DNA of 63,558 bases, counting the filler, from Dicyema japonicum (taxonomy: Eukaryota > Animalia > Dicyemida): assembly GCA_011109175.1 (NCBI GenBank). It is 7 parts of 7 records of this genome, joined end to end, with 100 filler letters (N's around TTAATTAATTAA, not from the genome) between each part and the next. Parts side by side here need not be neighbours in the genome. Positions count along the whole stretch, not along the records: positions 1 to 21,867 come from RDEW01000026.1; positions 21,968 to 34,007 come from RDEW01000023.1; 5 more parts are not named here. One strand, given 5' to 3'. Of this stretch, positions 13,666 to 26,900 are shown piece by piece; the first letter of the stretch is position 1, and each line of letters opens with the position of its first letter. A program made the position numbers and the translations under genes. The notes under the pieces are model-generated. The model had not been told where the DNA came from, made no database searches, and worked only from the letters and a program-made list of their open reading frames with translations.

Positions 13666-14451
13666 TTTTATTTTGTAATTCAAAAAAACTAACAAAATAT
13701 TTTCATAATTCCTTATATGTGAAGTGCTATCGTGGTTTCATGCGACTCACCCATTAAGCGTCACTCAATTTAAAAACGATAAAAAAGAACCAACAAATTG
13801 TCCTCATCCGATTATCACATGGGACGGTTCTCTCGACCTTCTAACAGGGGCGTGCCAAAGTTTTCTGCCGCCCGGGTCAGTTTATGAAAACTTAAAAAAT
13901 CGTGACTAAATAGATTTCGTAATACACGAGAATGAATAAATAAAAGATTAAGATGAAGTTTATCATTATTTCGTTTGCCACGTGTTTCTTCTTCACCCCA
14001 CATATCTTAACAGCCTCTGCTTCTCTGAGTTTTTCTTCGGGTAATTTTTAACCCTACTTGGTTGTATTAGCTTCATTTGTTAAATCAAATTAGAGGAAAT
14101 CAGCACACACAAGAAATCAAAACAGAAGACTGCANNNNNNNNNNNNNNNNNNNNNNNNNNNNNNNNNNNNNNNNNNNNNNNNNNNNNNNNNNNNNNNNNN
14201 NNNNNNNNNNNNNNNNNNNNNNNNNNNNNNNNNNNNNNNNNNNNNNNNNNNNNNNNNNNNNNNNNNNNNNNNNNNNNNNNNNNNNNNNNNNNNNNNNNNN
14301 NNNNNNNNNNNNNNNNNNNNNNNNNNNNNNNNNNNNNNNNNNNNNNNNNNNNNNNNNNNNNNNNNNNNNNNNNNNNNNNNNNNNNNNNNNNNNNNNNNNN
14401 NNNNNNNNNNNNNNNNNNNNNNNNNNNNNNNNNNNNNNNNNNNNNNNNNNN

Positions 14452-14548
14452 ATGATATTCCCTTTTCATTTTTAATATTCAAAAGTGCCTTCTTTCTTAT
14501 TAAACGATCATCACTCTTTAAACAATTTATACTCCTAACAATGTCCAT
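14452..14548 (-). CDS. Probable N-terminus of a HEAT-repeat dynein axonemal assembly factor 5 (HEATR2)-like protein, cut by the N gap
   Basis: MDIVRSINCLKSDDRLIRKKALLNI resembles the R-x-INCL-x-D..R-R-AL start of invertebrate DNAAF5 (from memory). Only ~30 aa are visible. Confidence 0.5.
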
Positions 14549-15932
14549 TTGTTACTTGGTTTTTATTATTATTATTTATTTATAAATTTTATTTTTTATT
14601 TAACCAACCAGAAATAAGTTACGTATAAGTTAGTCTTGTAAACAAAATCCTACTCAAAATATGAGATAGTGCAATGTCCAATGAAAAGAATAATACAGGA
14701 TGTGGCATTGTCCTTTCCCCTAAACCGATCCTAGGGATGTGATTGTGTCTTACAAGAATACGATAAAAAGAACCATCTACCATTCATATCGGACCCCCCA
14801 AAAGAGATTCTGATCGAATCATTCAACGGGAGGGAAACTATCGCTGCAAAGAGATCCTCCTCACAAGATATTGAACTTAACAAATCAGAATTAATGAAAT
14901 CATTGGTTGACTACCTATCATAACACAGTATTGATATCTCCTTGTTATAGGAATTCAGACTTGCAGTCTATTTTCCAATACAGAAATTTAAAAACTACTT
15001 CAAAAGAGTAAGTGGTTCTTATGAGAGTGATCTGATTGCCCTCTTCTATTGGTGATCACCTCGAAATGCGGAGCTTACAATATCTCAAATAATTAATTTA
15101 CCATAACCGCTCAGAAAATTGACATCCCTTAACCACAAGCACTTTTTGTAAGATCCTTACTGACTTCCAAAGAACACTCTGGAAAATCTCCCTTCAGTAA
15201 AAATGAACTTTGACCGAAAGAATTCACAACGTGGTACTTACTTTTAGCATAAAAGTCTTTAAAGACTACAAAAATCTATCAGACTGAGATTCGCCTGCGT
15301 TCGGTGTTGACATAATCCGTTTCTTGGTGGAAGAAAAGCCATGGACTTTGACATGCATTATCAGGACTTTTGGGAATAATCTGACTCCCGGGCTGCTTGC
15401 ACGAGCCACCGGTGCAGATGTGTAATATGATTGACTGTGTAATAAATTATGCAATCTCATGCTGACGGAGCGCTGGAAGAAGTTGAGGAGCAGATCGATT
15501 AATAAAATAATTGCAGGAAGGCTTTAAACCGCTGGATATCATTACAGCTTGAGCTCCTGGACTAGAAACCACAAACAAAAGACTCAACAATTTCCCGTAG
15601 AAGATGGGTAATATCTGGCTTGGGAGACCACTTGTGTTGATAACTTTTCCGTTTTAAGATCAAACCAACTTTACAATAAATAACAATTAAATTTGCACTA
15701 AACCAAAGGTTAAGAATATCTTTGTTAAAAAATAATCATTAACTGCAAGTTTTCGAGATTAGGTATCAGAGCTAATGAAAAGTCTGATTAAGCAAAATGA
15801 CTAATTTTATAACGAATAGTTGCGTTAGAGACTTGTATATAAAACTTCAGAATCTATATAAAAATGGNCTTTTTATTAACTCCATTTTAAATAAATAAAG
15901 AAATTCAAAACTACTTTTTATGAAATATTAGT

Positions 15933-16004
15933 GGCTCCATGGCTCAGTGGTAGAGCGTCTGTCTAGTAAACAGAAGGTCGCGAGTTCGATCCTCGCTGGA
16001 GCCT
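15933..16004 (+). tRNA. tRNA-Thr(AGT)
   Basis: Full cloverleaf: GGCTCCA/TGGAGCC acceptor stem, GCTC/GAGC D stem, TCTGT-CTAGTAA-ACAGA anticodon arm, GCGAG-TTCGATC-CTCGC T arm; followed by a T-run terminator. Confidence 0.95.
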
Positions 16005-16224
16005 TTTTTGTTTAAATTAAACTATTGACAAATAATTATTTTCTAAATACAGATTATATAAATTAACATGTCGGGTTTATTATCTCCACCATACAAGACC
16101 AAGAGATCCTCGCTGGAGCCTTTTTTGTTTAAATTAAACTATTGACAAATAATTATTTTCTAAATACAGATTATATAAATTAACATGTCGGGTTTATTAT
16201 CTCCACCATACAAGACCAAGAGAT
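15988..16224 (+). repeat. ~117-bp tandem duplication that includes the tRNA 3' end
   Basis: GATCCTCGCTGGAGCCTTTTTTG...CAAGACCAAGAGAT occurs twice head-to-tail. Confidence 0.85.
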
Positions 16225-16559
16225 TTTCTTCCCAACTGTGTTTTAATCTAGTCCAGACGTAAAATTCTATTTCTTAATCTTACCTTATATTCATTACTGG
16301 TGATTGGAATGCCAGATCTGGAAAAGCAAGCATAGAACGACAGGAATCAGTGAAATTTTCCTTGCGAAGCATTTGTTCAATTCTCTTAGTCTTTTGACTT
16401 ATCACAAATACAGCATTTAAACATTCGGCTAGAATACCTGGGTGGGATCTAGAACTGGAAATATGATCATTGATGGACATGAAAAAATCGTATTACGAAG
16501 ATTCTTTCAACAGAAAGGACAAAGGTGCATTGAACCAAGAACAGAAAAGTCTTCTCTGC

Positions 16560-17620
16560 CCCAACCCTTAATGTTAAGAGAAACTCGAAGCAATTAAGTA
16601 GTTAAATTCCGTAGATCCGCTGAACCAGACAACATCTCCGCAGAACTACTGAAGCTGAAACAATCCCACACATAATCAATCGTTTATTTAAGGAAGACAA
16701 CTCATTTGATATTGGTAAAGGATGGTTGATTCCATTACATAAACCTGGTAACCCCAGAGGGCCTTTATGAAAACAGACATAATTTTACTAACGATTCTTC
16801 AAAAAACTTTATCCATAATTGCACAGAATAAAAGACAAAGATTTCTTTCTCCTGGTCAAAATGGATTCAGGGAAGGAAGGTCGATGGTCCAGTGCATTAT
16901 GCCAGATATACAAAAGATCAATACAAGTCCTTGGAATTGACATGTCCCGAGTCTTTGCTTCAGTCCTCGAGAAATGCTTTTAAATGTTTTAAAACGTTTC
17001 CTTCATCAGGAGGACATAAGAACATCTTGTAAAAATACACAATTATCAGTAAGAATTGGAAAATCACAGGAAGATTCTTTAATTTTAGATTGTTTATCTC
17101 CTTGTGGTTTATCTTGAAGTTACACAGAGAATTTAGATTAATAGTCAAAGATAATTACTACGAAATAACTTACACCAATGATTTAGACTTTGCTGACCCA
17201 TTCGTATTAACAATACTGATGTACAACTGTGCAACCTGGGGACTCTCAAAGTAGGAAACCAGAACCTGACAGCTTTTATAACTCTCTGTTGCGTAAAGAT
17301 ACAATATCCGGTAAAGATCTCAAACTCGAATCTATAAAAGCGTAGCAAATTTCACAAACTATGGATATCTTAAAATCAAGATGGAGGCTTTTCATACAAA
17401 TGGAAATAGATACTCCTACAAATATTGTATTGGAAACGACTTTACTCTATGCGGAGGAGCATTTGGTGGAAGGCCAAGAGCTACCATCTATTTTGAACCT
17501 GGAAATGAAAATTATTGGAAACTTGATAACTCACAAGAACTTGAATACTTAGAAAAAACAAGAAACAGGACTTGGAAGATGATAATTATCGAAACTGTTA
17601 TAAACGTGACACAAGGAAAG
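16560..17620 (+). mobile_element. Decayed RTE-like LINE
   Basis: Remnants of PDNISAELLK, GQNGFREGRS, LGIDMSR and SRWRLF, homologous to the 49473 element. Confidence 0.7.
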
Positions 17621-17649
17621 CTTAATTAACTTTATGAAGACCAAGTACA

Positions 17650-18600
17650 TTGTCCCTCTGTAAAATGACACTACAGGTTCAAATAGCTGTTCTACATATT
17701 AGTTTGCTGTTTCCTCTAAATAATAATAAAAGAAAATCAATTGTAATAAACACTATGCAAGCTGAATTCTCCTCTTTGGGGATTGGCCCTTTGTATCACC
17801 CTCACTTGTCCCTTTGTGAAATGGCACTACAGGTTCAAATAGCTGTTCTACATGTTAGTTTGCTGTTTCCTCTAAATAATAATTAAAGAAAATCAATTGT
17901 AATAAACACTATGCAAGCTGAATTCTCCTCTTTGGGGATTGGCCCTTTGTATCACCCTCACTGTTCCCCTCGTATACCACTTGAGAAAGCAAATCACTAG
18001 ACAAGACAGCTATTTCTCTTGGTTCCTCTTCGACGTTACCTCCGAGTTCAGAGTCTCTTGAGATAAAATAATTAGTAACTCTTGTAAACTCATCGTCATT
18101 GATTGGATGTACGCCCCTGTAGAGANCACTACAGGTTCAAATAGCTGTTCTACATATTAGTTTGCTGTTTCCTCTAAATAATAATAAAAGAAAATCAATT
18201 GTAATTAACACTATGCAAACTGAATTCTCCTCTTTGGGGATTGGCTCTTTGTATCACCCTCACTGTTCCCCTCATATACCACTTGAGAAAGCAAATCACT
18301 AGACAAGACAGCTATTTCTCTTGGTTCCTCTTTGACGTTACCTCCGAGTTCAGAGTCTCTTGAGATAAGATGATTAGTAACTCTTGTAAACTCATCGTCA
18401 TAGTTATCAACTTTCAGCCCATGTCTATGCTCGATTATCATGCTCTCTAAAGTTTTTTAATCGTCATTGATTGGATGTACGCCCCTGTAGAGACATCCAC
18501 GTTGAGTCTTTTCATATAGGACTTGTAGTACTTTGTTACTAGTCCATCCCATGTCAAACAATCTGAATTATTGTCACTTTGGCGTTGTGAATTTGTGCTA
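17650..18600 (-). mobile_element. R4/Dong-like retrotransposon 3' end, internally duplicated about three times
   Basis: ESMIIEHRHGLKVDN matches the 55109 element. The segment ACTACAGGTTCAAATAGC...TTGTATCACCCTCAC recurs at ~17670, ~17827 and ~18128. Confidence 0.7.
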
Positions 18601-19084
18601 CTTCCAAACAAGTTATTACTGTGATAATATATAATCTGTGGTTTGTGTCCTCAATATAATGTGAATACCGATATCACACGTAACTCCATCCAAAACCATA
18701 AAAGGGGGAGGAAGAATCAAATCTTTACAGATGTGGGCGAAATTAGTCCTTTATCTATTAAACTACCATTTAACCTATATTATGATGCTGGGGTATTCTA
18801 AGATCTGCATAACACATTGGGAGTTTAATAAAATCTAACCAAAGTGTGTTACTACTCAATCAGAAAGCTGAAAAAGGTGATCATAAATATCATAGTAAGA
18901 TTATTACCTCCAAATTTAGTAACTGATGTCAATCCCCCACAATGGTGGAAGCCTACAAGAAAAGTGCAATACTCAGAGTAGCCGAAAGAAGAACAACTTG
19001 ATTCAGCATGTAAAAGCCAAACTTACTGAACTGAAAAAACTACTCCAACAAATAACAGCTTATTTATAAAAATAAAAATCGGTT

Positions 19085-19735
19085 AATGCAATCGTGTTCC
19101 CGGTTTTTCTATACGGCGCAGAATCATGGATACTGAAAAATTTATTCTTTTGTGGTGCTGGAGGAAGTTACTAAGAATCCCTTGGACTTCCAAAATAACA
19201 AACATCGATGTACTCAAACGGGTAGAGACGGACATTTCGCTAGAAGGAAGAATCGAAAAACACAGATTGGCGTTTTTTGGGCATGTTGTCCACTCTGACT
19301 CCCAGGAAAGACCCATTATGCTGAGCAATATAACTGGGAAGAGAAGACCTGGCCGACCGAGGACTCGGTGGCTATCCACGGTAGAAGACGTCACGGGAAT
19401 GCATATATCAAGGCTACTCCAAATTGCAACGGATCGGGGAGAGTGGAGGNCGATGTACTCAAACGGGTGGAGACGGACATTTCGCTAGAAGGAAGAATCG
19501 TAAAACACAGATTGGCGTTCTTTGGGCATTTTGTCCGCTCTGCATCACTGGAAAAACATTATGCTAAGCAATATTACTAGGAAGAGAAGTCCTGGTCGAC
19601 CAAGGACTCGGTGGCCATCCACAGTAGAAGACGTCACGGGAATGCCTATATCAAGGCTACTCCAAATTTCGATAGATCGGGGAGAGTGAAAAAAATTGGC
19701 TCATGAGATCTCCAAGGGTCGGACACAACTGAATT
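19085..19735 (+). mobile_element. RTE-BovB-like LINE 3' end, tandemly duplicated around a single N
   Basis: WCWRKLLRIPW..FFGHVV..GKRRPGRPRTRW; 3' end GGGTCGGACACAACTGA. Confidence 0.8.
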
Positions 19736-20559
19736 TGCAAGACATAACATAATTTGATATGCTTTTTAGATGATCAATGTGATTCAATAAAAAATTGTTT
19801 TTTTGCAGTTACAAATGTCCCACATAAATCCCAAAAAAGATTTCCCTGTGAGTTGATTGAAAACTCATCAGGATATTTTCTAACAGACTTAATATTTTCA
19901 ATGTCCTTCTTTGTGAACGTGGCATCACAGTGAATGATCACACGTTAGTATTTTTTAAAAAACTAGAAAAAATGAAAAATAAAAATCGATAAAACTTTTG
20001 ACTTTATTGACCTAAAAAATTGAATTTTGACTTTTCTGACTTGATAACTCTGATTAATATAATATTTTTGATTAAAAACTACATTTTTATAAGTTTTAAA
20101 CAATTTTAAAGAAAACATCAATTTTTGACTTTATTGACAAAAATCGCCCTAGTAATGCCTTTTTAGGTTGTATTCTTTCGGTATAGCGATAAACTGGTTA
20201 CATATCAAACAATGTACTTTTTCCATCAACCGTTGTGCAAAAATAAAAAGTTCTTATTTATCTTGAATCATTCTCCGTTCATCGTTCAAACACCGTTTCT
20301 TAGTTCCAGAAGAAGCACGTGATATTGACAAACAAGATTTGCAATTTTATTAATAAATAAATAATAATAAATTAAAAAATTCAATTAAATGTAAAAAAAT
20401 AATAAAATTACTTTTTTGTGTTTTATAGCCATTAAATCGGGTCGCACTCAGTTTCTCTTATATTTAGCTAACATAATTTATTGAGAAGGGATTTATGTTA
20501 ATCTCTTTGAAATTCAAATTGAATGATTTTGGTAATCTNATTAATGACATAAAGATTGT

Positions 20560-21480
20560 GGAGAAAAAACTTTGTTAACGAAAGCGATTTATTTTGGTAG
20601 AATATTTGGAATAAGCATTTTGGATGGACAAGAGACTAACTTAGACAGAATTTATTAAAAAAGCATTCTCGAAGTAATTTAACACATTCAGAATTATAGA
20701 ACTAGTAGGTATGATAAAGTGTACAACTTCTTTCTAAACTCATATTGATTAATGACCACCCCTGTGAAGTTGTCAAGATAATACACGGAAAGTATAGTCC
20801 AACTGAGTGGTTCTACACTAGAATTGCCTATCTTATCCCTAAGAAAGACGTTGCTATACTACAAATACTATTTACATGTCTAATTTATGTATTAGTTGGC
20901 TACTAAGTCAACATAAAATTTTCATATAAACCATGACCAAGAATCTCTTCTGCTTATATTATTTCGATAGAAGACACAAAGATGATGATGAAGGAGATTA
21001 CTATTTTCTCTGAAGCCGCTATAGAAGCTTGCTACTAGTGTGTTTGGCGTGGGATCTGAAACTAGTTCGCTTGACAGAATGAATGGATGTCGATAGATTG
21101 GAATACTAGAGGATATAATAGCAACATCGTGAAAAATGAAGTGTTTAAGTTAATATTTAAAGGGGAAAATAAATCTTTAATCGAACAAATATGGAGGAAG
21201 CAATCGAATTGAACTCTTTTCGACTGTTTTGATAATATCAAAGTCGGCGAATCATCTGGTAGTTATCGCATGGAAATAGTCTCCTGAGTCAGGATTGCTA
21301 TATCTTATACAAGAACGCAATTTATTCTTCAACTATGGTGGAGAAAATTGAAGCCACTGTAATTTTGCCAAGTGTCTACTAATTGGGAGCAATGTGTGGT
21401 CACATGTTAACATGAGGTATTTAAATGCATAATCTATCGTCAATGTGGGATTAAGATGACTAAGTGACTAAGAGATACTC
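20560..21480 (+). mobile_element. Highly decayed R4/Dong-like element
   Basis: Remnants resembling YLIPK, LGILED and QERNLFF, in the same order as in the 55109 element. Confidence 0.45.
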
Positions 21481-21599
21481 CATGTATTGATATTCTATTG
21501 ATCTGTTTGTAATGACTAATATCAATGATTATAGTAAAGAAACCAAAATATCCATAATTAACTAATATTATCTTTTAGATCTTAATATTATGGACATAC

Positions 21600-21867
21600 A
21601 TACTTTTTAAGTCTGCTGATTTCATTTTGGAGATCTTGTACTTGTTCCTCAAGTTCTTCTTTAATAAAATTAATTTTCTTTAATTTATTTTTACTAGAAT
21701 CAGCGTCATCTTCAGCTTCTTCATATTGTTTTTTAATAGACCTGTATCGTGACATGAGTGTGTCATACTAATAATATATTATCAAATAACATCAGATTTG
21801 TATTTGTCAATATCCCCCTGTAATATTTCTGTGAGTGAGACTGCCTCCTTCATTTTCTTGTTTGCTA
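21600..21867 (-). CDS. Coiled-coil protein C-terminal exon(s), myosin-tail-like, truncated by a gap
   Basis: The - strand reads RYRSIKKQYEEAEDDADSSKNKLKKINFIKEELEEQVQDLQNEISRLK, a heptad pattern resembling the LKRQLEEAEEE segment of myosin II/XVIII tails. Confidence 0.4.
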
Positions 21868-21967
21868 NNNNNNNNNNNNNNNNNNNNNNNNNNNNNNNNN
21901 NNNNNNNNNNNTTAATTAATTAANNNNNNNNNNNNNNNNNNNNNNNNNNNNNNNNNNNNNNNNNNNN
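21868..21967. other. Artificial contig-joining spacer (N44-TTAATTAATTAA-N44); also at 34008, 52477, 56850, 58056 and 61308
   Basis: The same 100-nt pattern with a six-frame stop linker appears at all six sites. Confidence 0.95.
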
Positions 21968-22810
21968 CCCCGGAGGAGCTAGCTAAAATGATCAACAATG
22001 TTTTCAATCGGTCTCTCTAGGAAGACAATGTGCTGGAACTGGGAAAGGGTGGCTAATACCTCTAAAAAACCCGGGAAAGTTAAAGGTCTCATTTGCAACC
22101 TTAAACCAATAATTCTACTAACTTTCACACGCAAAACACTGTCTCATAGCATTACACCAGATAAAAAACAAACTGAACAAATTCCTATCCCCCGGCCAAA
22201 GTGGATTTAGGACAGGCAGGTCTACAGCCAATTTAGTGTGGCGGCACAGAAGATATTGTGCTCTATTACAAAAGTATAAAAAATATTGAAATACTTGGCA
22301 TTGATATGTCCGTGCATTCAATTCGGTACACGGGGAACAATTATTGAAGTTCTGAAGAGTTTTCTCCACTTTGACGACGTTAAAAATACGCCTGCTCATG
22401 CAGAACCCTACTCTTTCTGTCGAAAATGGCAAACGTGCATCCAACTTTTTTACGACTTTACGTGGAGTTCCACAGGGAAATTCGTTATCCTCGGTTCTCT
22501 TTGTTGTTTACTTTGAAGCTGTCTAAGAGAGTTCAGGGCCCTGATTGGAAACAACTATGACGAGGTAATTTATGCGGACGATCTGGATTTTATCTCTGAA
22601 GACAATCAAACACTTCAACACATGCTTAGCGTACTCCCACACATATTTTCGAAATAGTTCTTATCCGTAAATCCCGACAAAACGGAGTTTAATAATCTTA
22701 GATCGGACGAGTCACGGAGAAGGCAAAAGAAGGTTAGCTCGCTTCTAGGAGACTCTGAAGATGTTACTCGTAGGAAGATCCTTGCTATGATTGCACTGAA
22801 AACTATCGTA
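21968..22810 (+). mobile_element. Decayed RTE-like LINE RT region
   Basis: QSGFRTGRSTA, IYADDLDF and LLGDSEDV remnants. Confidence 0.75.
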
Positions 22811-22829
22811 AATGAGGAGCCACAAGAAG

Positions 22830-25260
22830 AGGATAGGACTATAAAACTTCTTTAAATACAAGACTACTCACGATCAATGAAGAAAATCTTTGTGAACTAG
22901 CATGCATTCAACTACAAATAATCATGGGATGGATAACTATCGGAGGAATATATTCTAAAAAACTACGAGAGTATACATGGATTGTTGACAAATTTATGGA
23001 AAACAATGAATATCCAATCCTTGTTGGGGACATGAACGCTAAACATACTGAATATGGTTGTGTAACAACCAATCAGATGGAAAATGCCTTGTAAAATGGA
23101 TGAAGTCTGGAGAGTTAAAGATTTTAACTTCGATCAAAATTAATCACTTTGCACCGAGTAGTGGGGACAAGCTCGGAGTTTTTGTGATGCCTCAGAATCT
23201 GAGCAAAATTTGTGAGCACCCATATGTGGAGCAAGATATTGGAAGCGACCATCTTCCACAAACTTTGGAAATAAGGACGGGGCTATATCTGCTGAAAGAA
23301 CTTGTTGGCTACAATTAATAATGTAAACTGGGTTGATTTCGATTATTTTATACGGGTGAAAGTGGAAAATGTCTGTGATCTATTGATCTTGGACTCCTCA
23401 GATATTGATTACTTGGATGACAAAATTAGGACTTTGATATTGTGTTATTTGGACGAATATGGATGTGAAAAATTCCGTATGGCGTATGGATGCTTATCAA
23501 TGAGCTAAAAAGAAGATTCCCTCCATCAAGAGAAAAAATCACTTGAAAGTAAACTGAAAAGATGTTGGATCATTCCCGACTCGGAAAAGCTAAAGGTTCA
23601 GATCAGCTTAGTGAAAAATGAAATAATGGAAATATTTAAAAGAAAACAGGAAAATAAATGGAGAAGAGAATGCTCAAAGATCAATAACAAAAATGCAGAC
23701 TTTTGGAAAGTATTCGCGAGATTGAAATCTTCTGATGATAAATGTGATGAAATACACCTAAAATCATCAAATTGTTGTTGTATTTCAAAGGAAGAAATCC
23801 CAGAAATTCTACAGCAACAGTTAGCAAAAATTCATGTAGATCCTGCTTCCATTATTCTATGTGAATTTCGAGGCAATAATCGTCACTATTATAGAATGAT
23901 GTCAATGAAGGGTCCTATGTGTACACCTATTTCCCCTGAAGAAGTTAAAATTGCAATTTGTGGCTGCAAGAACAAAACCCCTGGATGGGATTTTATCCCA
24001 ATGAAAATATTCAAGAATGCAAATGTATGTTAATTGATGCATTAACCATGCTTTATAATGCCTCGTGGAAACCTGCTCACGTTCCATCGACCTGGAAAAA
24101 GTCGATTGTTCGGATGATTGGAAAGAAAGGAAAATCAAGATCTAATCCAGAAAATTATAGACCAATTAGTCTTATTTGTTCAACTTCAAAAATTATGGAG
24201 AAAATTGTCTTTAATAGATTATCAAAAGTGGTTGAGGAAAACAATTTTCTTGCAAACAATCAGTGGGGGTTCCGTAAAAATAGAGAAACTGAAGACTGCA
24301 TCCGGAACTTAGGAAGTCAATTCAAGAATCTATAAGTAAGAAAGAATACCTTACTGCAACGTGTTTGGACATATCCAAGGCTTTTGACAGTGTCTGGCAT
24401 GAGAGACTTCTCGAGACATTGTCAAAGTCGAACATTGGAAAGTCGGCGCTCTTGTGGATTAGAGACTTCCTTATGGGAAGAGACTCTTATATTTGTGTGA
24501 GAAATATGCTCTCTAAAAAGATAAAATTAAGTAGAGGTGTTCCACAAGGTTCAATTTTGAGTCCCCTTCTTTTCAACTGTATAATGAGCGAGGTGCCAAA
24601 ACCGAAACACATCGATAATTTATGCAGACGACATCCTAATTTTGGACACTAGTATGAATAAATCAATATCATGGAAAAGAACAGTAGCTCATATGTCGAA
24701 AATCGAAGATTGGTGTCGGAATAATGGATCGACATTATCAAGAGAAAAAAGTTCTGTAACCTGGATAGCGAGAAATAGGATGAATCAATATGTTGATACA
24801 GGGAATGTTAAATCCTCGGAAAACCTGATATACCTTGGAGTATGCATTAACAAAAAAGGATCGTTTAAAGACCACATCAAAATACGAAGAGTGAAAGCTA
24901 CGGGAATGCTCAAGTCCCTACTCCGCTTTCATTTGTCTCCGGATACTTTTATGTTTGTCTACAAAACGTGTATTGAACCTTTCCTAATATATGGATATCA
25001 AGGTTGGTTTAAAACAGATGAGGAATCAGTCCTACTAAATAAATTAGAAAAGACAAGAAAATATGTAATTAAACACTTACATGTATTGGATTTAACATCT
25101 GAAATTGATGACGAATACGAAAGAAAAACGATAAGAATCGATGATTTATAACATTGCTTGTGGAAACTCGCATTGTAATTGGGGCTTTTTATGGAGAAGA
25201 GACATACGGTGTCTCGTGAGAGTGCTCCGATATAGACGACTCCAAATCTTGGCTTTCCTC
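22830..25260 (+). mobile_element. Decayed APE-RT LINE (L2/Jockey-like)
   Basis: GDMNAKH, GSDHLP, NYRPISL, QWGFRK, DISKAFDSVWH, GVPQGSILSP and YADD, split by frameshifts. Confidence 0.85.
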
Positions 25261-25889
25261 TTTAGTTAATGGCTCTTAGTTAGTTGGGGTTTTGCGAATA
25301 AATTATGTTATCTGTTATCTGTTATAGTATAATGAAATGTATTCATATAAAACGTGATATTGTATTTTGATTCATCGTTTTGAACATGTAGTTTTGTAGT
25401 TCAAAAATATTAAAACAATGAAGTCATTATTTTTAATTTATTCTCGCCAAAATGACTGTTCCTATTATTTCTTGGAAGATCGTCTGTATTATATCCCCTA
25501 AAGTATTATAAAAACTTACTTATTATTATTTATTACAAATTCATAATGTGACATAATTCACTACATGGATCAACGAGATGGGTTATGGCTAAGACAAAAG
25601 ATTGGTATAGCCATACTCCGAGGCAACTCGTTCGCAATCCACGCAGCAGGCTTCCTCAACTGACATTTGTTCTAAACAAATAAAAAAATAGGTTTATATT
25701 AATTACGTGCTAATGAATAGTCTGTAATTTGGATATTTTCAATTTTTTCAAAATTATAATTAAAAATTTGATTCTGTTTTTAGTTTTATCAATGAAAATT
25801 ATTTTTTTAATTCTATAATACTAACTAATAAAAACGTCGAATATTATTTCGTATAAAGTTATTCGGATAAATGTATTTATACGTATAGT

Positions 25890-26900
25890 TATCTCATCGT
25901 CAACCAACTTCTCCAAGATATCCAAAAGTCTCCCTCTGTGTATAGAGTCAAAGGCTTTGGAGATGTCCATGCCAAGGATGCCAATAGCCCCCTTGTACTT
26001 TTGATGTGTTGCACAAAGCCATCGATGTCCCCAGACCACATCAGCTGTAGATCTCCCTGACCTGAATCCGTTTTGACCATGAAAGAGAAAGTTCTCAGAT
26101 CCAATCCTGTTCAGCACTATAAGTGATAGTGTCTTGCGTAGAGTCGTCAATAGTACGATGGTCTTAAATTCGTTAAGGGGCCTTTAGCTTTGCCCGGTTT
26201 TTGTAGTGCAATTAGTGTGACATTACCCACATCCAGTGGTGAGTTGTATTTGAATGTTTTGTTGTATATCTCAATTAATAGTTCAGAGATCTCGGTCGGT
26301 GGATATTTGAGAAGTTCTGCATTTATGTTGTCAGAGCCAGCAGCTCTATTGTTGTTCAGTATGTCCAATGCTTTGTTTTGTTCCAGAATCGTTATCGGAA
26401 TATTTAGTTCTCGTTCTTCACCATCAAATTGTTTGATTTTTACCCGTGGTTTTGATTGAAGGCCTGCTGATAATGGCTGGATATGGCCGATAGAATTTCA
26501 TTTTTGTTTAACATAGTCTTTCCAAACTGGTCATGTATTGTGATTTTTGATTACTGCGTGTCTCTATGTAGTAGGTGAACAGCCTTGAACATCTGCACTC
26601 AGTTTTTGAGTCTTTCTACTTCTTTAGCCATACCAGCAAGTTTATTTTCTTTTATTTCCTCGTTATTTTCTTTATTTTATACAGGGTTTGGTTCCGCATG
26701 ACTCTTAGAGTGTGTTCCTTTGCCTGGTCCGGGCAGGTTTCGACCTGTAAACGTAGGTTCCTCTGCAATTTGGATAGTTCTTCAAGCTCGTGGTCATAGT
26801 GCCCGTTGAAATACTTCGGTTTTACTACGACTGTTGAATGGGCCGCGCACTTTATTGCATCGATGGTGTTTTGTCACAGTTCCCCAGGAATTTTTTCTTT
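25890..26900 (-). mobile_element. Decayed RTE-like LINE
   Basis: AAGSDNINAELLK, QNGFRSGRSTAD, GMDISKAFD. Confidence 0.8.

Noticed and set aside
14077-14475. ORFs spanning the N run
   Set aside because: Artefacts of translating Ns.
15988-16224. Duplicated tRNA 3' end resembling an attL/attR integration scar
   Set aside because: The copies are adjacent with no cargo or integrase, and the duplication includes downstream flank; a local duplication or assembly artefact is more likely.
21912-21923. Recurrent palindrome TTAATTAATTAA
   Set aside because: Always centred in a 100-nt N gap; it is an artificial scaffolding linker.
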